The notes beneath the pieces were generated by a model. That model searched no databases, was not told where the DNA came from, and saw only the letters and a list, made by a program, of their open reading frames with translations. DNA of 63,922 nt, the filler included, from an uncultured bacterium (GTDB lineage Bacteria > Hinthialibacterota > Hinthialibacteria > Hinthialibacterales > Hinthialibacteraceae): assembly GCA_964449065.1 (NCBI GenBank). It is 3 parts of 3 records of this genome, joined end to end, with 100 filler letters (N's around TTAATTAATTAA, not from the genome) between each part and the next. Parts side by side here need not be neighbours in the genome. Positions count along the whole stretch, not along the records: positions 46,500 to 63,922 come from CAYVAZ010000072.1; 2 more parts are not named here. One strand, given 5' to 3'. The first letter of the stretch is position 1. Each line of letters begins with the position of its first letter. The position numbers and the translations under genes were made by a program. Below are positions 63,822 to 63,922 of this stretch, piece by piece.

Positions 63822-63922
63822 CTAGTACAGTGTCAACGTTTTATTGACGGGTGTTGATCCACCCTAGCCCCCTTAACAAGGGGGGGAACAACGGATAGCC
63901 AGCCGTCATTTTTTGATTGACA
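63822..63922. mobile_element. MITE-like element, third copy of the 2186 family, cut by the window end
   Basis: CTAGTACAGTGTCAA...TGACGGG...CCCCCTTAACAAGGGGGGGAACAACGGATAGCCAGCCGTCATTTTTTGATTGACA. Confidence 0.8.

Overview
Bacterial draft-genome window. It consists of three contigs joined by artificial N-TTAATTAATTAA-N spacers (23153-23252, 46400-46499), so gene adjacency across those points means nothing. The gene content (sulfatases, GT-C glycosyltransferases, prepilin-type proteins, ECF/FecR, DUF1080, DUF885) suggests a PVC-like or candidate-phylum heterotroph such as OLB16/Hinthialibacterota or Sumerlaeota; this is inference only. Contig 1: RND efflux + TetR, carbohydrate/sulfate enzymes, gmd, a REP-rich patch with an IS4-like remnant. 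Contig 2: two prepilin-like genes each followed by a secreted protein ending in a W-x-L-[YR] tail, a RelE/ParE toxin-antitoxin (TA) pair, and a stand-alone rpoBC operon with a long structured leader and an enlarged beta-prime SI3 insertion. Contig 3: gpmI, M16 peptidase, a pilin pseudogene, an ECF sigma operon whose FecR domain appears split over two in-frame genes, a galT relic, TA modules, a radical SAM gene whose 3' end is duplicated around a ~600-bp insert, and trpF. Best leads: the split FecR system, the pilin + WxL-tail modules, the 3'-end-replacing mini-insert, the rpoB leader RNA, and MITEs sharing a core hairpin. No CRISPR array, rRNA, intact tRNA, reverse transcriptase or integrase was seen. 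All product calls are from motif recognition, not database searches.
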